Of a DNA stretch of 64,000 nucleotides, positions 47,071 to 58,800 are shown piece after piece. Origin of the DNA: Eukaryota sp. TZLM1-RC (taxonomy: Eukaryota; Protista; Metamonada: BaSk clade). The first letter of the stretch is position 1, and each line of letters begins with the position of its first letter. The notes below the pieces were generated by a model. That model did not search any database and had not been told where the DNA came from. It saw nothing but the letters and a program-made list of their open reading frames with translations. Location: positions 992,001 through 1,056,000 of the forward strand of contig JAUPSS010000002.1 in NCBI GenBank assembly GCA_040285825.1, in the 5' to 3' direction. The position numbers and the translations under genes are program-made.

Positions 47071-47940
47071 TTTCTGGAGATATTCGTGATAGTTCAGCTG
47101 CTGCTTTAGTAACTCAAGTTCCCTCTGTTTATGGACTTTTGTTAAAAGACAATGAATGGCTTCTAAACATGCGTTTTCGTTGTTTTCTGTGGCCAAACAA
47201 TTTGCCCAATCATTTAACTTGTAAATGTGGTAAACCTCTTTTGTTTACTCATCTTTTGAACTGTAAACATTTCATTACGTTTAGAAGCAAAGTGCATAAT
47301 AACGTCAGGGACCAAATTTATGTAATGTGCAAATCATATCGAGTAGATTCCTTTTTAGAACCGCTGTTATCAAAATTTATTCTTGATGATCCTAATATTG
47401 ATAGTACCCGTTACAACAGAGCTTCTATGGGTCTGACTAGAGGTGATCTAGTTGTTCCTGGTTTAAATGGTAGTTTTACTATTTTGGACGCCATGTCTAT
47501 TGACCCTTGTAATTCCTCTAACGAACATTTCATTAACTCGGATGTAAATAATCCTCTTCTTGCAGGCGAAAAATATAAAATTGCTAAATATGCGAAACCC
47601 ATTTCCTCGGTTAATGAAAATTCTCATGCCCAATATAATTTATGTCCATTTGTTTTTTCTTTGCTTGGATCTCTAGGTAAGGCTGCTATGGCTTTCCTTG
47701 AGGATTTTGTTGTAGTTGTAAAGGAAAGAACTGGAAGAATTTTCAATCCTGTTTACTGGCAAAACAGGATTGTATTTTCTATTTTTAAGGGAATGGTAAC
47801 ACTAATTTCTGATTCACTATCTTCTTTTGGGAAATTTTCTGAATCTTTAGCGATTAATTGTTTTGATGTAGGGGAGGCAGGTTTTGAGGATGTGGAGTTT
47901 TAATTGTGTATTTCATATTTGTTGTTGAATAAAAATAAAT
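47070..47940 (+). mobile_element. CRE family B, 5'-truncated (RLE domain intact)
   Basis: DIRDSSAAALVTQVP..NEWLLNMRFR, CKCG..HLLNC, HNNVRD, EP, RGDL, D..SIDP, EKYKIAKY, PFVFSLLG. Confidence 0.9.
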
Positions 47941-48776
47941 AAGGTAAATTAAAAAAAATTTCTGGAGATTACTTTCCAAATACACTTTCCTCCTGATCAA
48001 ATTCCAGTTATTTTGTTAATAAATAGTTGATATTTTTTGTTGTTTATTTGAACATTATTCACATACATTTATTCGATCTCTAACATTCTCTCTTCTTAAA
48101 GGTACTTGGAATCCTTCCATTTTTTGGAAATTTTTTCTTTCAAAAGCCATGTCTCCAACTCGCAAGGAATCCAATCATCAGATGCCTACACGGCTCTAAA
48201 CTTTGTTCTCATGTTTAAAGCTCCCCACTACCTTTGGTCTGCAATTATCATGAATATGAGAGGTGATATGGAAAACCATAGAACTAGAAAACAACAACTG
48301 AATCAACATTATCTTTGAGAAGTTCAGCTTTGAAGAGACCTCCATAAAGCTATGATCTTGACAAAAAACAATCTTCGCGTTTTGTCAAGAGCATTGATTC
48401 AAACGGGTGCTTTTAAAGAAAAGAGTAATTTAAAGTTCTTCAAAGTCATCCGCGTCAAAAAGGGGACATGTGAGGAGATTTTTTGTGATTGAGATGGTGA
48501 ATGGGAAAGTACTACTAAATGATAATAGTTAAATAAAAATAAATTACTAGCACAATGTTCTGGACTGGTATTACAGAATTTTAGTGATGATGACAAATTT
48601 TACTTCAAATACAGTGAAAGAAACAACTGAAACTTACAAAGTGTCTACATTATGCCATCATCACATAGTGCATTGACATCATTATGTAAAAAATTGCCAC
48701 TAAAGTATGGCACATAATTTAAATTCTCAAAAAATATTAGTTTACAAAAAACAGATTGACGATAGTCGATCTACAC

Positions 48777-49408
48777 TTATTGTTCCATAGCTTCAGCTTC
48801 AAGTTTTTTCTTTTCTTCAACCAGAAAATCATGGGCATCAGGGTGGGTTTCTTTAAGCTTCTCTAATAGCTGGTTCCAAACACTATGTTCGGCTTGAAGC
48901 TGTTTGTTTTCAGCAGTCAGCTTATCAAATTGAGATCTGAGTTTATCACGGGTAGCTGTGACTTCATCTAATTGGCGTTGAATTTCGTCAGTCTCGGAAG
49001 CCACTTCCCCACGAGTCCTTTTTTTCGCAGGTTCGGCAGAGGGCTTAGTACGACACCCAGAACAAAATTTCGAAGCACGTCCACGTCCAGAAGTAAACTC
49101 GGTGGAGCATTTTTCGCACACCAATACTTTTGGTGCAATAGGTTCATCTCTACACTCAGGACATTTCTTAGGGGCCTTTCTGACATTAGTGACGACAACC
49201 CAACCTACCCTCTTTTGGTATGGACAAATTCCTTTTCACAGTTCTCGCAAACAATGGTTCTTGGTTCAGTCTGAGATGACTCAGTTTTTTCAGCTTTCTT
49301 TGCAGCACATTCTGGGCACTTTGTCGGGGGACGGCCACGACCTTTGGGCTTAGTAAAGGTCGTGCTACACTCTTCACATGTAAAAGTTTTAACGTCACCT
49401 TCTGACAT
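48777..49408 (-). CDS. 200-aa protein with three CxxC..CxxC zinc ribbons and a C-terminal coiled coil; one 29-nt intron (49180-49208)
   Basis: Splicing GTAGGT..CTAATGTCAG joins HTKRG|KAPKKCPECR and fuses the 49205-49408 and 48777-49124 ORFs in frame. Confidence 0.8.
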
Positions 49409-49462
49409 GATATATGGAATTCAGGATATTAAATTTAATTGTTTACTTAATTATTCTCCATT

Positions 49463-50285
49463 ATGCATCAGATTGACATTGTTGCTCGTGTTGAACACGT
49501 TGCCTCTAAGCTTGGCATTACTTCAAATGCCATCTTTGAAAAACTTCCACACATTCAATTAGGTTACGAAATCTCGGGCAAGATCGATCGTCCAATTGGA
49601 CAGTATATTGATCATACTATCCTCAAAACTGCATCTACTCATGATCAAGTCGATATCCTTTGTCAGGAAGCTAAGGAACACAAATTTTACTCTGTTTGTG
49701 TAAACGGATCAAGAGTCCCACAATGTGTTGAGTCACTCAAAGGATCTGACGTGGATGTCGCTGCTGTGATTGGGTTCCCTCTGGGCGCCATGACTACAGC
49801 TTCTAAGGTTTTCGAAACTGCTGAATTAGTAGATATGGGAGCTTCTGAAATCGACATGGTTCTCAATGTTGGCAAGTTGTTAGATGGAGATTACATCTAC
49901 GTCAGAGATGAAATCGCCAAGATTGCTGAAGCGTGCAAAGATGCCAAACTCAAGGTCATCTTTGAAACATGCGAACTCACCCCTGAACTCATTGCTGATG
50001 CTTGTATTCTCTCTGCTTTAGGTAACAGTCATTTCGTCAAGACTTCCACTGGTTTTGGTAAAGGAGGTGCTACTCTTGATGATGTTCGTCTTATGAAGCA
50101 AGTTGTTGGTGATTTTCTTGAAGTCAAGGCCAGCGGTGGCGTGCGTACATACCCCGATGCTGTTAAAATGATTGAAGTTGGTGCCACTAGAATTGGTACT
50201 AGCAACGGTATGAAACCTTTATTACGTTCTCACTTCAGGAATTGCCATTGTCACCCAATCAGCAACAGGAGGTTCTGGATATTAA
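49463..50285 (+). CDS. deoC: deoxyribose-phosphate aldolase; one 31-nt intron (50208-50238)
   Basis: IDHTILK, VIGFPLG, EIDMV, KVIFET, FVKTSTGF, VKASGGVR, RIGTS. Splicing GTATGA..CTTCAG gives SNGIAIVTQSATGGSGY*, restoring the conserved terminal Tyr. Confidence 0.93.
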
Positions 50286-50462
50286 AAGTATTTACAAGAC
50301 GATCCAAATAAACAATTTAATGTACTTGTTTATACAAATTTGCAAATGACAAGTAAATAATTATCAAATAGTGGTAATTACAAAACGATCTTCTCAGATT
50401 GTTGAATATTGAGGAGGAAGTGAAGCAAAATTGTTTTATGTTATTGCACTGAATATGAGGCT

Positions 50463-50860
50463 AACTTAATCCTGTGACTGCTCTTGATTTTAAACCAAAA
50501 GAAAAACATAGAAAATATGATAAAAATATTGAAGAAACTAATGCTGATAGAAATACACATCTGGTTTTTATTACTTTCCATTTTCGATAAATGGAAGATT
50601 ATCAGATGAAGCAGAAACTTTTTTGAATGACTTCCAAAAAATGGTTCAAGAAAAAACAATGAAAAGATTTGATATTTTTTTATGGCGTTCATGAATTCAA
50701 TTTGCCATTATTAATAGATTACCTCGCTTTTTCAATCTAATATGAGAAGCTTTAGCTAGACAGCAAGCAGATCAAGATTTTGTAGAGGAAATCTTGGTTC
50801 AATGATAGTCGTCCCATTAGTTATGAGTTAATTTAATTAAGTGTGCAAGTTCAATAAATA
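50463..50860 (+). mobile_element. CRE family A short 3' fragment
   Basis: Matches 36043-36435, including ...GACAGCAAGCAGATCAAGATTTTGTAGAGG...GTCCCATTAGTTATGAG. Confidence 0.9.
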
Positions 50861-51365
50861 TATGGGGCTAACTTGAATTCTGTTCAATTGACACCCCAAC
50901 TCTGTGAAATATTGGTAAAAATGCATAGGGTAATGGTAATGTGGTGAAGAAGGAAGACATGTATATCTTATTTATTACTGACTGGCCAAATCTGGTCATA
51001 GTTGGCGTATGTCAAAAGAAAATAATAATAATAATATGAAATCTGTTCCAGGTTTTCATTGCATTAATTTGTCTTGCAACAAAATCGGTCAATAAAGCTG
51101 CTAGTATTCATTTGAAGAAACTCTCATTTCCAGAAAATGAGGGAAACAATAAAGAGAAATTATCCATTTTTATCGAAATAAAACCAGCACCATATAAAAA
51201 CGATGTAGATGTGGGAATTTACTGCGATTGAATATCATCACTGACTATGCTTCTTTAATGAGCTCTATTGAAAGATCTGTTCTTCATCCAAGAATTCTAA
51301 AAAAGCATCTTATGTGATGTATGGATCACTACAAATCCAAATTAATTAATTAACTAATTAATTAA

Positions 51366-53396
51366 TTAACTAATTCTTTTGCAAATTCGCACAATTCCAG
51401 ATGTGAAAGCAGCATAAAGCCTGTCTTTATCCCTTATTAAGATCCATTCATGGACTGTTTCGTCCTGATCCCAGTTAGCTAAACCAATCAAAAAAGATTG
51501 TATTTCTGATGGACACTTTACCCATTTAGATTTTGGATTTGTAAACAAATTTTCCAACAAACTATTGGTTAATTCGATAACACTTAAACTTTTATGACAT
51601 GATGAAAACAAAAGTTTAAAAAGAGATATTGAAATTTCAATCTTCTTTACTACATCTCGTATTTTGTCAAAAACATTGAGAAATAGGAAATCTTCTTGAT
51701 CATAGAGACCAATCGACCTGGTAATCTCTGATACTAAACCGTTACAATTGTCCACAGTGGTTTGAAGGAATGAAAGATTGTTTAATGTTGTGGATGTCGT
51801 CAATAAAGAAACTCTATCGATAATAACCAATGAAATAATTGCCAAGAAATTGGAATTTAAAGGTAAATCCAACAAGTTCTGTTTAATTGAACCGTAAAAA
51901 TTCGATAAATTAAAACTGGTTTCCACATTTGAATTCCAAACATTATTCAATAGTACAAAATCTTTCCTAGAAAAAAAGTTTGAATAGTGATCAAAAAAAT
52001 CTTGAAACTGCAAACCCCTGGTCTTGAATGATTGCATTTTGAACTGCAAGTAATCAATCAATGGATCTGATTGACTAGCAGGGACTGCATGCTCTGAATT
52101 AATGTCATGGTTCAAATAACATAGAACCATTATGTGAAAATAACTAAATAGTTTCTGATAATCACCTTTAAAAGAAGGAAAATCACCAAACTGTTGTACA
52201 AAAACTCCTGCTGTCTGTTCCAAATTGGTTACAAAGGCCTCAATAAATAACTTCCATCCAAAAATCACAATTTCCTTAAGCAAATCAAAATCAGTAGTTT
52301 CACTAAAAGGATAAAAAAGATCCAGTAAACAAAGTTTTTTAAAAAAAGAAATGATAAAGTGGCTTAGAAAATCTGTTTGGTCAGAGTTGGAATCAAACAA
52401 AAGTTGAGAGAAATCAATTTCATCAATAACCTCAATGGTTTTCCTGGTTAATCGCTTCCATTTACGAGAAAATCGCTTTCTAATATTGCTTATCTGACTG
52501 AAATCTTTTTTGTTAAGTAATTGTAATGACCGCAGCACTGTAGAAAAAGATGTAAATCCTGCTAAACATGAATTAGAAATATTCAAAAGTAAACAATTAC
52601 AATTATTGGGTTGAAATGAATTTAATGATGAATTTTGTAAATAATGTTTGAAAGGTTTCAGTGGAAACACAGACCTCAGTGTAAGTCCAAAAGTTAATGC
52701 TAACCCCTTTGTGTTGGAACAAAAGCTAAAGATACATGGGTTATGGAGCTTGACCAAGGGAGTGGAGCAACAATATCCATCAAACCAATTCTTTATGGAA
52801 GAAGACATGGGGAGAGAGGAAGAAGACAAGAGCCAGAAATCAGATAGAGTAGGAGGCTTGGATGTAGTGGTCAATTCACAGTCAAGGAAGGAGAGGGTGG
52901 GTGAAGACAAGAGAAGAGCACGTCCAATAAAGAAATTGGATTGGTTACGGCGCACAGGTACAAGAAGTGACAGGGAAGGAGAAAAGAAGTCAATTGCCCA
53001 GGACGAGGAAGATGGTGTGGGGAAGGAGATAGTGAAGATGGGTGTATCAGAAAGAGAACACGATATGGATGATAATAAAAGAGGCACAAGTGTATCTGAA
53101 GGAAGTGGGTTTACATGGGCAAAAGGAGCTGTTGGAGTAGACTTTGTGGATAAACCAAGGAGAATGACTGCATCTGTACCATACCAGCGACAGAATCGAA
53201 GGTTGCGGTGTATGTCGACTGCAAGAACTAAACGTAGCTGATGTGATTCCCAAGTGAACTCAGTTGCAAACGTGGAAGTGGGAAAGATGGAACCGGACAA
53301 CCATTTAGACAGCTGAGAAGCAAGGGACTTTGTGAGTCGTTCCAAAGGAGTAACTGTTGAGAAATCTTCAAACAGTCGTCCAGGGGAACACTCCAT
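51366..53396 (-). CDS. RAB3GAP1: Rab3 GTPase-activating protein catalytic subunit-like
   Basis: FEDFSTVTPLERL...LSKW, RWYG...LL, LLSSISCSL, MQSFK..FQDFFDHYS, C-terminal EWIL..RLYA..RI. Start taken as MECSPG. Confidence 0.7.
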   Translation of the reverse strand: MECSPGRLFEDFSTVTPLERLTKSLASQLSKWLSGSIFPTSTFATEFTWESHQLRLVLAVDIHRNLRFCRWYGTDAVILLGLSTKSTPTAPFAHVNPLPSDTLVPLLLSSISCSLSDTPIFTISFPTPSSSSWAIDFFSPSLSLLVPVRRNQSNFFIGRALLLSSPTLSFLDCELTTTSKPPTLSDFWLLSSSSLPMSSSIKNWFDGYCCSTPLVKLHNPCIFSFCSNTKGLALTFGLTLRSVFPLKPFKHYLQNSSLNSFQPNNCNCLLLNISNSCLAGFTSFSTVLRSLQLLNKKDFSQISNIRKRFSRKWKRLTRKTIEVIDEIDFSQLLFDSNSDQTDFLSHFIISFFKKLCLLDLFYPFSETTDFDLLKEIVIFGWKLFIEAFVTNLEQTAGVFVQQFGDFPSFKGDYQKLFSYFHIMVLCYLNHDINSEHAVPASQSDPLIDYLQFKMQSFKTRGLQFQDFFDHYSNFFSRKDFVLLNNVWNSNVETSFNLSNFYGSIKQNLLDLPLNSNFLAIISLVIIDRVSLLTTSTTLNNLSFLQTTVDNCNGLVSEITRSIGLYDQEDFLFLNVFDKIRDVVKKIEISISLFKLLFSSCHKSLSVIELTNSLLENLFTNPKSKWVKCPSEIQSFLIGLANWDQDETVHEWILIRDKDRLYAAFTSGIVRICKRIS

Positions 53397-53661
53397 GCTT
53401 ACAGATATGGTTGAACAAGTATAATCAGGGGTCTGAATAATTAATAATTTAATAATTAATAATTTGAATTCTATTGAATTGGCAATTAATTGCTGCTGTG
53501 AATTTCTATCAAAACACATTTCTGGCTTTTGACCAATTCATGCAATCCTGATGGACGTTAAGCTTACTTTAGTTCTATCACTATATGATATCACGATCAA
53601 ATGATAGTTAAAGCAGCAACATCACAATACGCGTACAGGTACGCAATACATGGAAAAACAC

Positions 53662-55573
53662 TTATCTATGGGGTCTCCGGAACGCCTCAGGTCTTTCATT
53701 GTAGTAGTGCTCACTTATGGAAATCTCCAGTTGGTTTCTGGAAGCTGAGATGTCCCTCGACCAGAGTGTCCGACATTGAGGGCATACAAACTTATCATTG
53801 TTCACCCTCCCATCATGGTGATACAACTTTTGATTGAATACCTTACAGCAATTCGTTTTGGCAGATGTGTAGAATTCATCTCCATTAGGCTTCACATATG
53901 TAAAATGTTTCTGAATCTCCTTCAAAAAGCGCTTTCTTGGGGTTTTCACAGATTGTCTTGATGGCCCATCACCTCCACTACCAAACCAAATTATGGTTTC
54001 TCTTCCATTAGCCATTAGTTTAATTTTTTCAATAAATCCCATTATTCTTTTTTGCCTTCTTATAAAGAAATCAAACTTGTTGCGGCGCAGGGCTCGGCGA
54101 TCTCCATTTATCAGCAGTTGGTCTAGTATAGTTCTCGGACGGAAGTCTGGATTGCTGATTTCTTCCTGTGTCGGTACCCACATCAAAGGCATTGCTTATT
54201 TCATTAAGATATTTGTGTAAATTCTTAGCAAAATAGCAATTTGGTGATGCATGGGTCAGGACCAGTGGGTGAATGATCTTCCTTGCCTTTGGATTCAGAA
54301 CAAGGCCCGAAAGTTGATGATCAACATTGTTATTATCAATTCTTGATCCAATTGAATAACCACACAAATTTTTGTGATTAGATCAATTGCACAAAATGAA
54401 TATTCAATTGGATCAACTGGCGGAGGCTCATAGGCGTCGTCAGTTCTTCGACGTTGCCTTGGACGGACCTGTTGTTGAAGTCTAGAGTTTCGCTTCCGAC
54501 TCTTTGCAGGTATGTCGAGTTCCCCACTGGCTAGGGTGGTTGCCAATTCTCTGGCTGTCCGGCGATTCTTATTTTTTTTGGGGCAAAAGAAAAGTGAAGC
54601 GGACTGAAACAGCGTCTGAACTGATTGTGTAAGTAAGATACTTCCTTTTTCTGAAAAAGGCAAACGGATCTTTCAGCAGACAGTGGTTGGCATTAAAAGA
54701 GAGAAAATGCTTTTCCAGTTTTTGACTAAAAGAGATAAAGCCAGGAGAATAACTGGGGGATGGGGACACGGCATTTCTTCGCATGGTGTCAGATGCAATA
54801 TTTTCCAGAAAGGATAAAATATTTAGCCCAGCAGTGAATAAGAAGGTGATGTTGTCTGGACTGAGATCAACATTGTCCAGCATCAACATAGCGTCAAAAC
54901 GATGAGGGTCGGCAACCTGCTGAATAAATAGGTCCATTATGTACTCATGGTGACCTTCATCAAACCATGCGCACAAAGAGTCAGGAATAGTGGCTGCAGT
55001 CGTGTTCACCACTAATGAAGCATATTTCTTTGGGCAAGGGCACTCAAAGAAGGTAGCCATTGTCCTGAAGAAGCTCAGCTTCCAGGAGACAGGGTCATCA
55101 GTAAGTATTTGACAAAAGCTGTTCGCCATTTGCAGTGCGCGAAAGCTTCTAATGTCAGAGTGGCACCAGTTGCCGGTTCCCTTCTGAAAGCCAATAGGAG
55201 GAAACGGCCAGCCAGGTCGGAAAGAGATATCATAGAGTGCGCGGTACACTTCCATATGATTCTCGAATGGGCGTCTCAGAGTCGGATGAGGTACCATTAC
55301 AAAGTCTTGACATTGATACCAAAACTGTTGTTGATATATCCAGAAAGCCATTTCCGGATATTGCAGGACGAACAGCTGTGCTAACCGGGCAGTAAGCACA
55401 GTGACAGTTCGAATATAGCGAAACTGTCTTTCCATTGAAACAAGTGCTGCAGTAGAGAAGAACTGAGCAGCACTTGCTGGAACTGTCGTCTTGCTGTCGT
55501 TTATTGGTTGCTCACGATGGTTAACCTCCCAGGGGAATACACGCCCTCGACGTGGCAACTCTGGATTTGCCAT
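53662..55573 (-). pseudogene. near full-length Fanzor1-like nuclease (~636 aa if three 1-nt frameshifts are repaired)
   Basis: TISSDAVSVRFTF; RuvC-I FCAID[P]NHKNLCGY (1-nt deletion); RRNKFDFFIRRQK; IIWFGSG; RuvC-II GDEFYTSAKTNCC; CPQC; RuvC-III WSRDISASRN. D/E/D triad present. Confidence 0.88.
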
Positions 55574-55889
55574 TGGGGTGAATATGTCAGTCGAGAAAAG
55601 ATCAGACAGTCAACAATAAAAATTTGATTTATTCACAACTTCTTACATCTATACAAATACAAAGCCTGAGCAAAATGATAATTGAACACTATAATACGTG
55701 ATATTTAAGCTGCCGCAACTATTTTCTTTCGTGAAAAGGTTACAGTTGAACGAGTTTTTTAGGTGATAACATTAGCATATCCAATCAAGAAAACGTGTTG
55801 TTTCAATGAGTTCGAATAAAGTTTTTTTTTCATAATCTGATCAACTTGACACTTCTTCAATCTTAAAATAGAAACCACTCAACCTAACA

Positions 55890-58800
55890 ATGACTCTTGA
55901 CAGGACAACATTCACAAATTCTCTCTTACACGAACTCTATCTTCTCCGATGTAAAGACTTGACAACGTCAGCGAAAACCTTCCCTACTCTTACACTATTT
56001 TTAAAGCATTAGCAAATGGCGTTGTTGACACTTCACCTGAGGTAATCAAGGCTGCTCTTCACCTAGATCGAGTTTTTAAAGACATCATCTTGAATAATAC
56101 TCCTCATTTCTCTCTTTCCTCCATGATTCCCCTTATTAGCCAAACCCTTCACCTCTCTCTCTTCTTCTCGGTGTTTCTGTCTTCGCTTCTTGATGTTCAT
56201 CCTGGACTGTCTCAATATTAACATTTTTCCTTATCTCCACACCCTTCTACATGAAGTTTCTCTCGTGGTCAAGGACTTTCCATCTGACCATCACCCAACC
56301 ACCCCTTCGTCTTCTTCTGAGGAAAGGTTATTTGTTTTTGGCTTTGTCGATCAAGAAGTTTCTTTCAATGAAGTCTGTTCGTTTTGTGGTATTGTTACTG
56401 ATGGTTTGTATGGTAAGTTAATTAATAAATTGCGAGAGTCAAATTGCAATAAAATAAAAAAAATTTTCCTCCATGCTTATCTATGACTCCGAAGTCAGTT
56501 ACTTCTAAACCTTCTAGAGGACGCCCCAAGAATTCTGTGACTACCTGTTCTTTGTGCAAAACTGTTGGTCACACAAAAACAACATGTCCTCAGCGAAAAG
56601 TTTTGTCAGATGAGGCTGTATTGGCTTCATTATCTTCACCTATTGAGTTTATTGAGCCTCCACATATACTTCATTCGTCTTCAGTCAGTAGTAATACAAA
56701 ATCTTGTTTGTTCTGTTGTTCTCCAGTTTCTGGATTCAATGTTTCGGGTCGACCTCTTTTGGTTTGTGATTCTTGCACGCCAGTTGATCCTTGTAGACCT
56801 CCATTTGCAATCCATCAATTCGTTTCTCCTGCTCACTCGTCTTCTCTTGCAACAGTTATTCGATCTTTAACCTTCTCTCTTCGAAAGGGCATTTGGAATC
56901 CTTCGATTTTTTGGAATTTTTTTTCTTTCTAAGGCTATGTCTTCACACAAGAAATCTAAATATAAGAGGTCGGTTCAACAATCTAAAAATGTCAAAAAAC
57001 GTTTTGAGTCTTTGATTCTTCGTTCACAATACTCTTCAGCTCTTAAATTATTGGCTGGTTCTTCTCCTGCTGCCTTCAATGATGAAACTTTGGATTCTTT
57101 AAATTCTCTTCATCCACCTGAAGACTTCACCATAAATCACATTGTCTCTGATAATGAACGTGTTTTCTTCACTGCTAATCCTATTACTTGTGATGAAGTT
57201 AGTGTAGCTATTAAAGGACTTCCGTCTGGTCGTTCTGCTGGGCCTTCTGGACTTAGTTATGATCATTTGAAGTCGGCCGTTACCATATGTCCAGAAATCG
57301 TGGATGATTTAGTTTTCTTTTTTAATAGTGTTATCATGGGACGTTTCAAGTTACCACAAGCGTTAACGGCATCTCGTTTAGTTGCTTCAAGTAAGCCTGG
57401 AGGTGGTGTCAGACCTATTGCTGTTGGTGAGTCCATAATGAGATTATTAGCAATTATTTCTTTTAAAAGAGTTAAGTCATCCGCAATTAATTTTTTTCGT
57501 CCTTATCAGTTTGCTATCGGAATTTCTGATGGCACAACTTGTGCTGCGTTGTGTACAGATTTACTTTTCAATCAAAAAGGCGAAAATTATTTATTGAACA
57601 TTGATTTTAAAAATGCTTTCAACTCGGTTTTTCGCTCTAGTATTTTGCAAGAACTTGAACTACATTATCCTCCACTTTTGCCGTATTTCAAATTGATGTA
57701 TGGATCACCCTCTAACTTAATTTTTCATTCTGAGAATATTGTTTCGTCAAGAGGCGTCAAACAAGGGGATCCACTGGGTCCATTTTTTTGCTTAGCACTG
57801 CAATCAGTTTTGGTAAAATTTAAGTCGGATTTTCCTAACATTCATATATGTGCTTATGCAGATGATTTATCACTTATCGGCCCTTTGTCTCTTTTACAAC
57901 ACGGGTTACAACATTTTGTTTTTCTGTCCAAACAAATAGGGTTAGATATTAAATTGCCCAAGTGTTTCATTATTGGTAATCAGAATGCGGAGGTGGCATT
58001 TAATGAAACTTTTATCAACTACGTTGATTACGAGGAAGATGCTATTCGGTTTCTTGGCTCTTATTTTGGAAATTGTGAAAAAGTTAAATCGATTTTGTCA
58101 GGTATTTTGGAAAAAATCGAAGAGCAACTTTTGGCTATTCAAGATCTAGAAATTGACAAACATTTAGCGTTTTCGGTCCTAAATGTGTGTTTTGGATCAA
58201 AAATTAATCATCTTCTTCGTTCTTTATCTCCCACAATTTCTCATGATTTTACACGTCAATTTAATACTTTGAGAACAAATTTCTTAGGAAATTTAGTAGA
58301 AGTTTGTCCATCTAAAATTCTTTATCATGCATTTTTTAGTCCTAAATTTGGTGGAGTTGGTTTTTCAGAAGCAGAGTATTTATGCAAAAGTGCTGTTAAT
58401 GGTGGTATGAAAAATTTTCTTTTTGAGTGGAAACTTCGTTTTGATCATATTCCTTTGAATGAATCACATCCTTTATTAATTTCTCTTGAAAACATGGTGC
58501 AGGAACTACCTGTTGATGTTTGGAATAGGAGTTTTCCTTCAAGTTTGCCTGCTGTGCCTTCGAGATCTTTTACCAATCTTCATCCTGCTGTTGTGAAATT
58601 ACAGAAGTCTGTTCTTATTGGTTTTGAAGACCTGGATTTTTCTAAACGACTTAGTGTGACTAAGATTAATAATCCCGTCTTTGCTGCCTTTTTATCAGAC
58701 ATTCAGAACTGCACTAGTTTAATATCTCAGCAACCAAGGCCATTTGGTCTTCACTTAACAAATGAAGCTTGGAAACAAAACATGCGGTTGAGATTAGGGA

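Noticed and set aside
47071-47196. N-terminal extension of the 46651 Fanzor ORF
   Set aside because: It is the antisense strand of CRE family B sequence.
54560-54585. Programmed +1 frameshift at AAA-TAA in the Fanzor (also TTC-TAA at 56927-56932 in CRE family C)
   Set aside because: Both sit beside homopolymer runs, and the Fanzor has two other shifts including a -1. Mutation or assembly error is simpler.
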